A DNA stretch of 64,000 nucleotides, from contig CAVYYZ010000011.1 in NCBI GenBank assembly GCA_963772835.1, positions 128,001 through 192,000 of the forward strand. The letters run 5' to 3'. This DNA comes from an uncultured delta proteobacterium. Lineage in GTDB: Bacteria; Desulfobacterota; Desulfuromonadia; Geobacterales; Pseudopelobacteraceae. Of the stretch, positions 18,306 to 29,080 are shown in pieces; position 1 is the first letter of the stretch, and the number at the start of each line of letters is the position of its first letter. The position numbers and the translations under genes were made by a program. The notes under the pieces were generated by a model that saw nothing but the letters and a program-made list of their open reading frames with translations, had not been told where the DNA came from and ran no database searches.

Positions 18306-19781
18306 ATGTCCATGCACTATGACAAACTGACCGAAGGGTTGACCTTCGATGATGTCCTGCTCGTTCCTGCCCATTCACTGATTCTCCCCCGAGATGCCAA
18401 CCTTACGACCCGGATTTCCCGCAACATACATCTGAATATCCCGCTGGTGAGTGCTGCCATGGATACGGTCACCGAGGCGCGCACCGCGATCTGCATGGCC
18501 CGGGAAGGGGGGCTTGGTATTATTCACAAGAACCTCACGATTGAGGCTCAGGCGTATGAAGTCGATAAAGTGAAAAAGAGCGAATCCGGCATGATCGTTG
18601 ATCCGATCACCATGCGTCCGACGCAGAAAATCAGCGAAGCTCTCGACATCATGCGGCGCTATCGCATTTCCGGTGTCCCGGTCACCAAGGCCAACGGCAA
18701 GTTGGTGGGAATTTTGACCAATCGTGACCTGCGTTTTGAAACCGATTTTGATCTGCCGATTTCCGAACGTATGACAAAACGAAATCTGGTGACAGTGGAA
18801 GTCGGCACGACTCTGGAACAGGCAAAGGAGCATCTGAAGCATACGCGGGTGGAAAAGCTGCTGGTTGTCGATAATGAACGCTTTCTGAAAGGGCTGATCA
18901 CCATCAAGGATATTGAAAAAGTGAAAAAATATCCCTTTGCCTGCAAGGACAGCCTCGGTCGCCTGAGGGTCGGTGCTGCCGTCGGTCCGACTGCTGAAAT
19001 GGAAGCACGCATCGAGGCTTTGATCAAGGCGGGTGTGGACGTGATCGTTATTGATACCGCGCATGGTCATTCCCAGGGGGTAATCGAAGCGGTGCAGCGT
19101 GCGAAGTCAACATTCCCGGGTGTGGAAATAATCGCCGGGAATATCGCTACTGCGGAGGCTGCGGAAGCCTTGATCAAAGCCGGTGCAGACGGAATAAAGG
19201 TCGGCATCGGACCCGGTTCGATCTGCACGACACGTATCGTGGCAGGTGTCGGAGTCCCCCAGATAACTGCAATCCATGAATGTGCCCGTATGGCGCACAA
19301 ATATGACGTTCCGGTTATTGCCGACGGCGGCATCAAGTATTCCGGTGATCTTCCCAAGGCCGTAACGGCAGGTGCCGACTGCATCATGATCGGCTCCCTG
19401 TTCGCCGGAACCGAGGAGTCCCCCGGTGATACCGTCCTGTACCAGGGGCGTACCTACAAAAGCTATCGCGGAATGGGTTCCATCGGTGCCATGAAAGACG
19501 GCAGCAAGGATCGCTATTTCCAGTCGGACGTCGGTGATGACGTCAAACTGGTGCCGGAAGGGATCGAAGGCATGGTGCCGCTGCGCGGGCCCCTCTCTGC
19601 CAATATTCACCAGTTGCTCGGAGGACTCCGTTCCGGAATGGGGTACACCGGGTGCGGAACCATCAAGGAGCTGCAGGATAACGGGCGTTTTATCCGCATC
19701 ACCGGAGCCGGGCTCAAAGAATCTCATGTCCACGATGTCACCATCACAAAAGAAGCGCCTAACTACCGTGTCGGCAGCTGA
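18306..19781 (+). CDS. guaB: IMP dehydrogenase
   Basis: [20 protein letters not shown] pair, [17 protein letters not shown]. Confidence 0.98.
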   Translation: MSMHYDKLTEGLTFDDVLLVPAHSLILPRDANLTTRISRNIHLNIPLVSAAMDTVTEARTAICMAREGGLGIIHKNLTIEAQAYEVDKVKKSESGMIVDPITMRPTQKISEALDIMRRYRISGVPVTKANGKLVGILTNRDLRFETDFDLPISERMTKRNLVTVEVGTTLEQAKEHLKHTRVEKLLVVDNERFLKGLITIKDIEKVKKYPFACKDSLGRLRVGAAVGPTAEMEARIEALIKAGVDVIVIDTAHGHSQGVIEAVQRAKSTFPGVEIIAGNIATAEAAEALIKAGADGIKVGIGPGSICTTRIVAGVGVPQITAIHECARMAHKYDVPVIADGGIKYSGDLPKAVTAGADCIMIGSLFAGTEESPGDTVLYQGRTYKSYRGMGSIGAMKDGSKDRYFQSDVGDDVKLVPEGIEGMVPLRGPLSANIHQLLGGLRSGMGYTGCGTIKELQDNGRFIRITGAGLKESHVHDVTITKEAPNYRVGS

Positions 19782-19798
19782 CACCCCTGAACGCTACG

Positions 19799-19823
19799 TG
19801 CCCCGGAGCCTCTAACCGGGGCA
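19799..19823 (+). other. Intergenic stem-loop between guaB and guaA
   Basis: TGCCCCGG-N9-CCGGGGCA, no U-tract. Confidence 0.45.
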
Positions 19824-19858
19824 TATAACGTCCGTCCTGATTTTAACGAAAGGTTGCC

Positions 19859-21418
19859 ATGTCAGACATTCACAGCCAGAAAATCCTGATTCTTGATTTC
19901 GGTTCCCAATATACTCAGTTGATCGCCCGGCGTGTCCGGGAAGCTCATGTCTATTGCGAGCTGCACCCGTTCGATATGGAGCTCGCAGCAATCCGCACGT
20001 TTGCTCCCAGCGGGATCATCCTTTCCGGTGGCCCATGCTCTGTATATGACCCCGGGGCTCCTTCCGTTGCTGAAGAACTGTTTGAACTCGGTGTGCCGGT
20101 ACTCGGTATCTGCTACGGCATGCAGCTGATGAGCCGTCACTTCGGCGGTGACGTCGTACCGGCCGGAAAACGTGAATTCGGACACGCTGAGCTGCTCTCA
20201 GCCGGGAAGCCCGGGCCGCTTTTTGCCGGTTTCTTTATCGATGGTTCCAGCCCGGTCTGGATGAGTCATGGTGATCATGTCGCTCGCGTGCCGGACGGGT
20301 TCGAAGTCGTCGCCGAAACCGCTAACGCACCGGTCTGCGCCATTCAGGATGTCGGCAGGAATCTTTACGGGGTACAGTTTCACCCCGAAGTCAATCATAC
20401 GCCGCGCGGCGAACAGTTTATCGACACGTTTGTGCGGCAGATCTGCGGGTGCAGCGGACAATGGACACCCGGTCAGATTATCGAGGATTCGATTGAACGA
20501 ATCCGTTGCACGGTCGGGAGTGATACTGTCATTCTCGGGCTCTCCGGCGGTGTTGACTCTTCAGTCGCCGCAGCACTGATTCATCGCGCTATCGGTGATC
20601 AGCTGACCTGCGTTTTTGTCGACAATGGTCTGTTGCGTCTGGGGGAGGGCGATCAGGTCATGGCGACCTTCGCTCTTAACCTTGGAGTCAGAGTAATCCG
20701 GGTAGATGCCGAGGAGCGCTTCCTCTCTGCTCTGGCAGGCGTACGTGATCCGGAGAAAAAGCGCAAAATCATCGGCGGACTGTTTGTCGATATTTTCGAA
20801 GAGCAGTCGAAGCTGGTCAAAAATGCAAACTGGCTGGCCCAGGGGACCATCTATCCCGATGTCATTGAATCTGCCGGCGCAAAAACCGGCAAGGCGCAAA
20901 ATATCAAGAGTCATCACAATGTCGGCGGATTGCCGGATTATATGAAGCTCAAGCTCCTTGAGCCGCTCAGAGAGCTGTTCAAGGACGAGGTGCGGGCGAT
21001 CGGGGAGGAACTTGGTCTGCCCCGTCAGATGGTCTGGCGCCACCCGTTTCCCGGCCCCGGCCTTGGAGTGCGGATTCTCGGCGAAGTAAAAAAAGAGTAC
21101 TGCGATATTCTGCGCAGTGCTGATGCCATATATATCGAAGAGCTCTATTCCTCCGGACATTATGACAAGATCAGTCAGGCGTTTGCCGTATTTCTGCCGG
21201 TAAAGAGTGTCGGAGTCATGGGAGACGGCCGCACGTACGAGTATGTAGTGGCATTACGGGCGGTGGAAACCAAAGATTTCATGACCGCCGGCTGGTATCC
21301 AATGCCGTATGAGGATCTGGCCCGCATCAGCGGACGAATCATTAATGAGGTTAAGGGGATCAACCGGGTCGTCTATGATATATCCAGCAAACCTCCTGCT
21401 ACTATCGAGTGGGAGTAG
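19859..21418 (+). CDS. guaA: GMP synthase (glutamine-hydrolysing)
   Basis: [48 protein letters not shown]. Confidence 0.98.
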   Translation: MSDIHSQKILILDFGSQYTQLIARRVREAHVYCELHPFDMELAAIRTFAPSGIILSGGPCSVYDPGAPSVAEELFELGVPVLGICYGMQLMSRHFGGDVVPAGKREFGHAELLSAGKPGPLFAGFFIDGSSPVWMSHGDHVARVPDGFEVVAETANAPVCAIQDVGRNLYGVQFHPEVNHTPRGEQFIDTFVRQICGCSGQWTPGQIIEDSIERIRCTVGSDTVILGLSGGVDSSVAAALIHRAIGDQLTCVFVDNGLLRLGEGDQVMATFALNLGVRVIRVDAEERFLSALAGVRDPEKKRKIIGGLFVDIFEEQSKLVKNANWLAQGTIYPDVIESAGAKTGKAQNIKSHHNVGGLPDYMKLKLLEPLRELFKDEVRAIGEELGLPRQMVWRHPFPGPGLGVRILGEVKKEYCDILRSADAIYIEELYSSGHYDKISQAFAVFLPVKSVGVMGDGRTYEYVVALRAVETKDFMTAGWYPMPYEDLARISGRIINEVKGINRVVYDISSKPPATIEWE

Positions 21419-21721
21419 CAGGCTCTCTGCCTGTACCGTGGCAGGTCATTCAGGCACCATTCCGGGCCGGAATGAAATGAGAATAGTAAAAGTTAATTTG
21501 TGTTGACTTTTTATTTATACTCAATTAAAGATCAAAACAATCATTTTTGTTGTATTAAAAAATAAAAATATGACCGCCGTTATGACGGTTATACCGTCTG
21601 GGCTTGCCGGATGAAGAATGTCTGATATACTCTCGGCAGACCATGATCCGCCGCAGAGATGCGTAAAAAAATCACATCTGATTAGCAGGATACGTTCCAG
21701 CCTACAAAAAGGAGCAGAAGC

Positions 21722-23122
21722 ATGAAAGCACCAACGCGGTATGTGGATGACTCGGTAAAGGGTTTCATCATCTGGAGCATCATCTGGGGGACGATTGCTG
21801 TCGTGGTCGGAATCGTAATCTCCCTGCAGCTGGCATGGCCCGGGCTGAATGTTGCCCCCTATCTGACCTATGGCCGTCTGCGGCCGATCCACACGAATGC
21901 CGGCATTTTCGGCTGGGGCATCGGCAGTTTCATCGCCATGTTCTTCTACATTACCCAACGGCTGACCAAAACACCGCTCTGGAGCCCGAAGCTGGCCCGG
22001 GTGACGCTCTGGATCTTTAATGTCGCCATCGCATCCGCTGCCGTAACACTGGCCATGGGGTTTAACCGCACCAAAGAGTACGCCGAACTGGAATGGCCTC
22101 TGGCGATCGTAGTTGCCATTCTCTGGGTGCTTTTTTCGATCAATGTGTTTATGACGATCCTCAAGCGTAAAGAAGAGCAGATGTATATCTCGCTCTGGTA
22201 CATCATGGCGGCTCTTGTCGGAGTAACAGTATTGTATGTTGTCAACAATCTGGGGATGCCGCTCAACCTGTTCAAATCCTACTCGGCCTTCGCGGGTACG
22301 AATGATGCCAATGTTCAGTGGTGGTACGGACATAATGCCGTTGCCATGGTTCTAACGGTGCCGCCCCTAGCCATATTTTATTACTTTCTCCCGAAAATCA
22401 CCGGTAATCCGATCTACAGCCACCGTATGGGAATCATCGCCTTCTGGTCTCTGATCTTCATGTATCTCTGGACCGGTGCGCACCATCTGCTCTGGACACC
22501 GGTACCTGACTGGATTCAGACCGTGGCGATGGCGTTCTCGATCATGCTGATTGCCCCCTCCTGGGGGGCTGTCATGAACGGGTATCTGACCATGAACGGT
22601 CAGTGGGAAAAAATGAAGAGTAATTATCTCGTCAAATTCATGATCGTCGGTATCACCTTCTACGGCTTGCAGACGCTGCAGGGGCCGATGCAGGCGGTTC
22701 GCTCCTTCTCCGCTTTTATCCATTACACCGACTGGGTTCCCGGGCACGTCCATATGGGTACCATGGGCTGGGTCTCCATGGTGCTGTTCGGCGCCACGTA
22801 TTATGTGACGACCGTGTTGAGCGATACTGAAATCTACAGTGAAAAGCTGGCTAATACACACTTCTGGCTGGTTCTGGTCGGCCAGTTGATCTATTCCATC
22901 ACCATGTGGATCGCCGGGGTTCAGCAGGGGAGTATGCTTCTTGCCACAAATCCTGACGGAACACTGCACTACAGTTTTATGGAAACCATGATCGCCATCT
23001 TTCCCTATTACAAGATCAGGGCGGTCAGCGGATTTATTTATCTGGCCGGGTTAGCGCTGTTTATTTACAACATTTACAAAACCTTCCAGAAGGGTGCTGA
23101 TTCACAGTCTGCCAAGGCATAA
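21722..23122 (+). CDS. ccoN: cbb3-type cytochrome c oxidase subunit I
   Basis: GRLRPIHTN, KEYAELEW, QWWYGHNAV, YLWTGAHHL, GHVHMG: all metal-ligand His present. Confidence 0.95.
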   Translation: MKAPTRYVDDSVKGFIIWSIIWGTIAVVVGIVISLQLAWPGLNVAPYLTYGRLRPIHTNAGIFGWGIGSFIAMFFYITQRLTKTPLWSPKLARVTLWIFNVAIASAAVTLAMGFNRTKEYAELEWPLAIVVAILWVLFSINVFMTILKRKEEQMYISLWYIMAALVGVTVLYVVNNLGMPLNLFKSYSAFAGTNDANVQWWYGHNAVAMVLTVPPLAIFYYFLPKITGNPIYSHRMGIIAFWSLIFMYLWTGAHHLLWTPVPDWIQTVAMAFSIMLIAPSWGAVMNGYLTMNGQWEKMKSNYLVKFMIVGITFYGLQTLQGPMQAVRSFSAFIHYTDWVPGHVHMGTMGWVSMVLFGATYYVTTVLSDTEIYSEKLANTHFWLVLVGQLIYSITMWIAGVQQGSMLLATNPDGTLHYSFMETMIAIFPYYKIRAVSGFIYLAGLALFIYNIYKTFQKGADSQSAKA

Positions 23123-23150
23123 CAAATTTAATACAAACGAGGACGATACC

Positions 23151-24032
23151 ATGTTGGAAAAAAATCCCGTTATCTTCATAATTCTGGCCTTTGTGGTAAT
23201 TATGATCGGCACTACGATTACCATGATTGCTCCCTTCAAGTGGATCAACGGCGCCGGTGACCGGATTGCCGAGGTAAAACCGTATACTCCGCTGCAGCAG
23301 GAAGGGCGGGACCTGTATATGCGAGAAGGGTGCAATAACTGCCATTCCCAGACGGTGCGCACGCTGGCTGCAGATGTTGAGCGCTACGGAAACGGCGGCG
23401 GCTACTCGAAGTCCGGTGAATTTGTCTATGACCGGCCGCATCTGTGGGGTTCACGCCGCACCGGTCCTGATCTGGCCCGCATCGGCCTGAAATACCCTGA
23501 CCCGAAAGGGGCCTGGCATCGTAAGCATATGGAGAATCCGCAGTCGGTCGTGCCTGCCTCCAATATGCCGTCCTATGCATTCCTGAACCAGCCGCTTGAT
23601 ACCACCTATTCCGAGCGTAAGATGAAGCTGCTCAAGTTTCCCTATACTCAGGCCGATCTGGATGATCTTAAAGGCAGGAGCGAGATGGATGCCATCATCG
23701 CCTACATGCGTAAGCTGGGCACTGATATTCCAGTTAAAAAAGCCGAAGCTGCGACAGGAGGAGCGGTCACCGGAAGCAATCCGTTCACCGATCTGAAGGC
23801 TGTTGAAGGAGAGGCAGGTTCTCTTTACAAACAGCACTGCGCCTCGTGTCACGGGGAGACTCGTCAAGGAACACTCGGACCTGCACTGAAAGGTTCTGCC
23901 AGAGCTGATGCCGACCTGTTCAAAATTATCTCTCAAGGGATTACGGCTAACGGCATGCCCGCTTTTAGCAGCTCACTTGATGACGTGAAAATATGGAAGC
24001 TGGTGACATATATCAAGCTGGATACAAAGTGA
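23151..24032 (+). CDS. ccoO: cbb3 oxidase subunit II fused to an extra C-terminal cytochrome c domain
   Basis: GRDLYMREGCNNCHSQ, WGSRRTGPDL, SNMPSY; second heme motif CASCH plus GMPAF. Confidence 0.92.
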   Translation: MLEKNPVIFIILAFVVIMIGTTITMIAPFKWINGAGDRIAEVKPYTPLQQEGRDLYMREGCNNCHSQTVRTLAADVERYGNGGGYSKSGEFVYDRPHLWGSRRTGPDLARIGLKYPDPKGAWHRKHMENPQSVVPASNMPSYAFLNQPLDTTYSERKMKLLKFPYTQADLDDLKGRSEMDAIIAYMRKLGTDIPVKKAEAATGGAVTGSNPFTDLKAVEGEAGSLYKQHCASCHGETRQGTLGPALKGSARADADLFKIISQGITANGMPAFSSSLDDVKIWKLVTYIKLDTK

Positions 24033-24172
24033 TGATTGATACACGGTTTGTATTTCTGCTGTTAACAGGTTTTCTTCTGGCGATTCTTGTTGCTATTGCT
24101 GTTGTGACGTTACAAAAGAACCGGAAGCGGAAACTCGAAGAACCGAAGCACCGGATGCTCGAAGACGATTAA
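24032..24172 (+). CDS. ccoQ: cbb3 oxidase small subunit CcoQ-like (46 aa, absent from the ORF track)
   Basis: Hand translation MIDTRFVFLLLTGFLLAILVAIAVVTLQKNRKRKLEEPKHRMLEDD; one TM helix; TGATG overlap with ccoO stop; position between ccoO and ccoP. Confidence 0.8.
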   Translation: MIDTRFVFLLLTGFLLAILVAIAVVTLQKNRKRKLEEPKHRMLEDD

Positions 24173-24231
24173 CCGGCTTCTCTTCCGGGGTTTCCGAATG
24201 GATGCCAATAACTTTTACAAGGAGTTGATAT

Positions 24232-24723
24232 ATGTCAGAACAGCATGAGTATGATGGAATAAAATATCGGGAAGAAAAAAGTTCCCCCGGCGCCTTTCGG
24301 GTTCTTTTTGCCGTGCTGGCCGTATGGGGAGTCATGTATATGGGGTACTATCTGTTCAGCGGCTGGAGCTCTCAGGCCGAAGCAGATGCGGCAAAAAAAG
24401 CGCGCGACGATCAGAAAAAGAGCGCCCATCTGGCAGTAGAGACGACCGGAGCAGGATATGCCGGTAGCGGTCACAAAATTGAACTGTACGTCGCAGCCGG
24501 TAAAAAACTGTATGGATCTCTCTGCGTCGGCTGCCATGGTGAAAGTGCCAAAGGGGGCGTCGGTCCTGATCTGACGGTCTCGACATATAAATACGGCAAG
24601 TCGAGACTTGATATAGCAAAAACCATTTCAGAAGGTCGCCCGGGGGGCATGCCTTCATTCAGCAGTCAGTTCGACAAGGAACAGATTGAAAGTCTTGTTG
24701 AATATATACTGACTCTGAAATAA
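24232..24723 (+). CDS. ccoP: CcoP-like monoheme cytochrome c
   Basis: HEYDGI N-terminal motif, TM helix, CVGCH, GPDL, GGMPSF. Confidence 0.85.
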   Translation: MSEQHEYDGIKYREEKSSPGAFRVLFAVLAVWGVMYMGYYLFSGWSSQAEADAAKKARDDQKKSAHLAVETTGAGYAGSGHKIELYVAAGKKLYGSLCVGCHGESAKGGVGPDLTVSTYKYGKSRLDIAKTISEGRPGGMPSFSSQFDKEQIESLVEYILTLK

Positions 24724-24768
24724 GCCGCCCGCTGCGATAAAACTGTGTAATACATAAACGATATCAAG

Positions 24769-24830
24769 AATAAAATAGCTCTCTGTTTGTACCGGCACAA
24801 ACGCCGATACAAATAGAGAGTTTTTTATTT
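24769..24830 (+). terminator. Long imperfect hairpin followed by a T-tract after the cco operon
   Basis: CTCTCTGTTTGTACCGGC-ACAAAC-GCCGATACAAATAGAGAG then TTTTTTATTT. Confidence 0.7.
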
Positions 24831-24984
24831 CCAATTGTGCCGGAAACGGTACAATGCGTCACGTCGTGCCAGGGGGGTCGAAAGAACTCTCCCGTACATG
24901 GCCCGCATCACTGTTTTTGATGGTGCGGAAGATGTACGAACCGAACCGGTTAATTCACATTATCCTGAGTACCAAGGAGAAAGT

Positions 24985-25530
24985 ATGCCACGGATCCAGT
25001 ACCTGCCAATTGACATCGACAGCCCTGCAGAAATTGTATCAGCGATTCGTGTCCGCAGAGGCGGTGCGTTGCTTAATCTCGACCGTATGCTGCTTCATAG
25101 TCCGCCTTTCGCACAAGGGTGGAACGGATTTCTGCGTGAGGTTCGAAGCGGTCTGAGCCTCTCTCCTAAACTTCGCGAACTGGCGATATGCGGCGTTGCG
25201 GTGTTAAACGGTGCTGAATATGAGTTTCTCCATCACGTGCCCGAATTTATGAAGGCCGGAGGCACCGCTGCCCAGGTCGAAGCGCTTCGTGATTTAGAAG
25301 CTGCCGCGGGCGAATTGTCTCTCTTTGACGCCGCCGAGCGTGCGGTGATCCGGCTCGCTTCTGAGATGACGCACGGGGTGCAGGTGTGCGACAGCACGTT
25401 TGCTGCATCGAAAAGTGCACTGCCCGATGAACAGAGTCTGGTCGAACTGGTGGGGGTCATTGCTGCGTACAATATGGTGTCGCGTTTTCTTGTCGCCCTG
25501 GGAGTGGAGCCGGAAGGCGGTGTGGTGTAG
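24985..25530 (+). CDS. Carboxymuconolactone decarboxylase/AhpD-like family protein
   Basis: LLHSPP, LRELAI, YEFLHH, LVELVGVIAAYNMVSRFL; AAGGAG RBS before ATG 24985. Confidence 0.85.
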   Translation: MPRIQYLPIDIDSPAEIVSAIRVRRGGALLNLDRMLLHSPPFAQGWNGFLREVRSGLSLSPKLRELAICGVAVLNGAEYEFLHHVPEFMKAGGTAAQVEALRDLEAAAGELSLFDAAERAVIRLASEMTHGVQVCDSTFAASKSALPDEQSLVELVGVIAAYNMVSRFLVALGVEPEGGVV

Positions 25531-25555
25531 GAATCTGTTCCGGAAGTTTTCCCAA

Positions 25556-25581
25556 AATCTGTGCGGAAATCCGCACAGATT
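25556..25581. promoter_or_regulatory. DctD-type upstream activator sequence
   Basis: Palindrome AATCTGTGCGGA-AA-TCCGCACAGATT with core TGTGCGGAAATCCGCACA at 25560-25577; degenerate copies on both sides. Confidence 0.75.
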
Positions 25582-25689
25582 CCACTCCGCATTCCGGAAA
25601 TCGGCATGACTGCCTGCTCTCACGACTTGACGTTCTTCATAAACTGATTATTATAACGCTGTATTTTATTTTTTTATTATTAGTTATAC

Positions 25690-25705
25690 TGGCATACAGA
25701 TTGCT
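25690..25705 (+). promoter_or_regulatory. Sigma-54 (-24/-12) promoter
   Basis: TGGCATACAGATTGCT = GG-N10-GC, about 110 bp downstream of the UAS and upstream of the TRAP operon. Confidence 0.85.
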
Positions 25706-25857
25706 TTGATTATGAGTTAGAAAGAGGTGCACTCCACAAGAGAGAACTGTGTTATGGAACTCGCAGTACTCTACTGCATCGCTGCTACAAATCCGGCTGC
25801 CGACCAGTCACACCACATGTTCAGGATTTTCTGCTCAAATCGAAAGGAATCAGCAAA

Positions 25858-28014
25858 ATGGAAATGCACACCGAAACCATTGACGAAAGCAGATTCAACC
25901 GTTTCATTATCACCCCCATCCTGGTCATCGCCAGTCTCTACAGTATCTATCTGGTGATACACCCCTACACGCCGTTCGCAAAGATGTCCATCTCGATCCT
26001 GGATCTCACCCAGCTCCAACGGGCCACCCACGTTTTTTTCCTTCTTGTAACCGGATATCTGCTCTCCTCATGTCGAACCAGACACGACAAAGCCGGAATC
26101 GGTTCATATGTCTTTGCAATCATGGCCATCTTACCGCTGTATGCCTTCTGGAAGATCGGTCTCAGCCCGAAACTCAATATCTTCGCATCGCTCTTCTGGC
26201 TGACGGCTATTCTGCCGGCACTCTATCCCCGATCGGGGCGGTGGATGGACAAGCTGGGGGCCCTTCTGGTATGTGTCCCTTATCTCTATCAAGTGATCAT
26301 GTTCAAGGACATCATCGATCGGGCCATGATTCCGGAGCCGTGGGACCTGGTAATGGCGTTCGGTCTGACAATGCTGCTGCTCGGACAGGTGTACCGCTAC
26401 ACCGGGCCGATCCTCCCCTGCCTGGTGCTGACATTTCTCCTCTATAACCTGCATGGCAATCTGTTCACCGGTATCCTTGCCCACGCTTCTTTTGACTTTG
26501 ACCTGCTGCTGGCAAAGCTGTTCAGTGAAACCGAAGCCGGTCTGTTCGGCATGATAACCGGCGTCTCCCTGAAATATCTGGTCTACTTCACCATCCTCGG
26601 GGGGATTATCGGTGCCCTGAATCTGGGGCGCATCATCGGAAACATTGCATCAATGGCCGCCGGCAGGAGGCCTGACGGTCCGGGCATCGTTACGGTTATA
26701 GCCTCCATCTTCATGGGAATGTTCAGCGGTTCGGGCGCAGCCGATACTCAATTCGTGTCAACGATCAGTAAACCGATGTTTGAAAAAGGGGGGTATGAAC
26801 GGTACGAAGCCGCAGGTATAGCGGCCACATCCGGCACCATTGCCATGATAACCCCGCCCGTACTCGGCTCCATGGCATTTGTCATGGTGGAGATACTCGC
26901 TATCCCCTATTTTTGGATCTGTATCATGGCCTTGGGGCCGATGCTGCTCTATGTCGTCGCTATCCTTTCTTACAACTATCTCTATGTCAAAAAGATGGGG
27001 ATCAAGCCTGTCGAAGGGGAAGAGCAGTACGGCGGAAAATATTTCCGCCGCTATTGCCACATATTCCTGCCGATCTTGTTTATCGTCGGGTTCATCTATT
27101 ATGGCTACTCGGTCAGCCTTGCCGTGGTCGGCGCAATCGCTCTCTTTGTGCTCTTAAGCTATCTGGACCCCACCCTCCGCCCCAAGAGCCCGTTGGTGTT
27201 AATCAAGGGTCTGGCAATCGGTTTCTCCTCACTGATTCCGATCGGCACGGCTGTAATCTGCGCCAACCTGATCCTGACCCTGATGGTCATGACCGGCCTG
27301 CCTAATAAATTTTCCCAGTTTCTGACCATGATTTCCGGGGAGAGCCTGATTTTGGCAACCCTTTTTGCCGCCGTTTTCACACTGCTGCTCGGAATGGGAA
27401 TCCCTCCGACTGCCACCTACGTCGTGGCTTCATCCCTGACAGCCCCCGCCATTATCGGTGTCGCCATCGGTAATGGCATACCGCCGGAAGCGGCTCTGCT
27501 CTCCACCCATATGTTCCTGATGTATTACGCTGTCCTGGCCGACGTTACCCCTCCGGTGGCTCTCTCCGCCTATGCCGCATCCTCGGTGTTCAAGACCGAT
27601 CCGCTGAAGACGGGGATCTATGCGGCCAAGGTGGCCCTGCCCAAATATCTGCTCGGCTTCTCTTTTCTTCTGGCCTATCAGGGGACGGCACTGCTGATCA
27701 TCCCGATGTGGCGCACCGCTTCCATGTTTGATACGGTGTCGAGCTTTCTCCTCCGCCTGGCGTTTGTGTCGGCCGGCGCGGTATGCATGGCGGCAGCAAC
27801 GGTCGGCTATTCCCGGCGCCCTCTGTTCAGGTGGGAGTCCTGGACCCTCGGCATCCTGGCTCTCGGTTTATTTGTTCCGTTTCTATGGCTCAACCTGGCA
27901 GTTCTTATTCTTTCGACCTGGTTTTTCATAGGGAAAAAAAGCGATTCACTGGGCGATGAGGCCCCCGCACCCTGCGATACCTGTCCGACCGCCGAACAGG
28001 GATCCGGAGGGTAA
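25858..28014 (+). CDS. TRAP transporter fused permease (TAXI-type 4TM/12TM)
   Basis: MGMFSGSGAAD, ITPPVLGSMAFVM, LGMGIPPTATY, ADVTPPVALSAYAA. Confidence 0.9.
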   Translation: MEMHTETIDESRFNRFIITPILVIASLYSIYLVIHPYTPFAKMSISILDLTQLQRATHVFFLLVTGYLLSSCRTRHDKAGIGSYVFAIMAILPLYAFWKIGLSPKLNIFASLFWLTAILPALYPRSGRWMDKLGALLVCVPYLYQVIMFKDIIDRAMIPEPWDLVMAFGLTMLLLGQVYRYTGPILPCLVLTFLLYNLHGNLFTGILAHASFDFDLLLAKLFSETEAGLFGMITGVSLKYLVYFTILGGIIGALNLGRIIGNIASMAAGRRPDGPGIVTVIASIFMGMFSGSGAADTQFVSTISKPMFEKGGYERYEAAGIAATSGTIAMITPPVLGSMAFVMVEILAIPYFWICIMALGPMLLYVVAILSYNYLYVKKMGIKPVEGEEQYGGKYFRRYCHIFLPILFIVGFIYYGYSVSLAVVGAIALFVLLSYLDPTLRPKSPLVLIKGLAIGFSSLIPIGTAVICANLILTLMVMTGLPNKFSQFLTMISGESLILATLFAAVFTLLLGMGIPPTATYVVASSLTAPAIIGVAIGNGIPPEAALLSTHMFLMYYAVLADVTPPVALSAYAASSVFKTDPLKTGIYAAKVALPKYLLGFSFLLAYQGTALLIIPMWRTASMFDTVSSFLLRLAFVSAGAVCMAAATVGYSRRPLFRWESWTLGILALGLFVPFLWLNLAVLILSTWFFIGKKSDSLGDEAPAPCDTCPTAEQGSGG

Positions 28015-28078
28015 TAATACATTCAGGACCGGATTGTTACATCTATTGTTAGCAGCAAAAAAAAAAGAGGAGGTATGT

Positions 28079-29080
28079 ATGAGAAAAATCATCGGTATAT
28101 TTTTGACAGTATTTCTCGGATTTGGTTGTCTGGCCGGCGCTGCGGAGGAGAAGCCGAAAATTCTGATCACCACCGGCGGTATTGGTGGCGTGTATTACTA
28201 CTACGGAACTGCAGTGGCCGAGATTCTCACGAAATACGCAGGGGTGGAGGCAACCGCCATTCAGACCGCCGCTTCAGTGGACAATCTGCTGCTGATTCAG
28301 AGGCGCACGGACCCGAAGAAAAATACCTATTATATGGGGATCGTGCTGCCGGATTCAGCCTTCCTGGCCTATACCGGTGCCATAGAAAAATTCAAGGACC
28401 GGCCGGCCACGGATATCCGGGTCTTGTGGGCCGCCTATCCTAATGTCCTTCATATTGTCGCAGCGCCTGGCTCAGGTATCAAGAGTGTAGCGGATCTGAA
28501 GGGGAAAAAGGTCTCCACTGCCGCGCCGGGTTCCGGCACGGAATTGGAAGCATTTATGGTGCTGGAGGCGGCCGGTGTCAAGACCTCTGATCTGGCCAAG
28601 CAGGAGCGTCTGGGTGCGGGTGAATCGGGAGAAGCCATGTCGCATGGCACTCTGGACGCCTATTTCTGGTCCGGCGGCCTTCCGACAAGTTCTGTGACCG
28701 AACTGGCAACCACCATGTCGCGTCAGGGGAAAAAGCTCGAATTGGTGGATCTGGATCCGAAAAGTGACCTGGTCAAAAATCTGCTCAAAAAATACCCCGG
28801 CGTGATGGAATCGGGGGTGATCCCCAAGGATGTTTATGGAACTGCCAAGGATGCCCATACTCTGGCCTTCTGGAATCTCTTCGTCGGCCCGAAGAGCCTG
28901 CCGGAAAAATACTCCTACGCCATCACCAAGGCCCTCTTTGAACACCAGGATGAACTGCAGAAAGCGGTGAAGGCGGCCAGAGATAACACAATGAAGAATG
29001 CAGTGAAATTCGTGCATGGTACCATCCCTTATGATTCGGGTTCACTCCGTTATTACAAGGAAAAAGGGATCCTGAAGTGA
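28079..29080 (+). CDS. TAXI family TRAP substrate-binding protein
   Basis: Signal peptide, TGGIGGVYYYYG, ASVDN, DLKGKKVS, PGSGT; GAGGAGG RBS. Confidence 0.9.
   Translation: MRKIIGIFLTVFLGFGCLAGAAEEKPKILITTGGIGGVYYYYGTAVAEILTKYAGVEATAIQTAASVDNLLLIQRRTDPKKNTYYMGIVLPDSAFLAYTGAIEKFKDRPATDIRVLWAAYPNVLHIVAAPGSGIKSVADLKGKKVSTAAPGSGTELEAFMVLEAAGVKTSDLAKQERLGAGESGEAMSHGTLDAYFWSGGLPTSSVTELATTMSRQGKKLELVDLDPKSDLVKNLLKKYPGVMESGVIPKDVYGTAKDAHTLAFWNLFVGPKSLPEKYSYAITKALFEHQDELQKAVKAARDNTMKNAVKFVHGTIPYDSGSLRYYKEKGILK

Noticed and set aside
21480..21600. FNR box upstream of ccoN
   Set aside because: AT-rich with imperfect palindromes, but no TTGAT-N4-ATCAA.
21521..22333. 270-aa antisense ORF, and similar long shadow ORFs at 11267-12028, 30449-31240 and 44600-45466
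   Set aside because: They lie opposite well-supported genes and show no motifs; typical of GC-rich codon bias.
25727..25957. 76-aa ORF after the sigma-54 promoter
   Set aside because: It overlaps the TRAP permease start out of frame and has no recognisable features.
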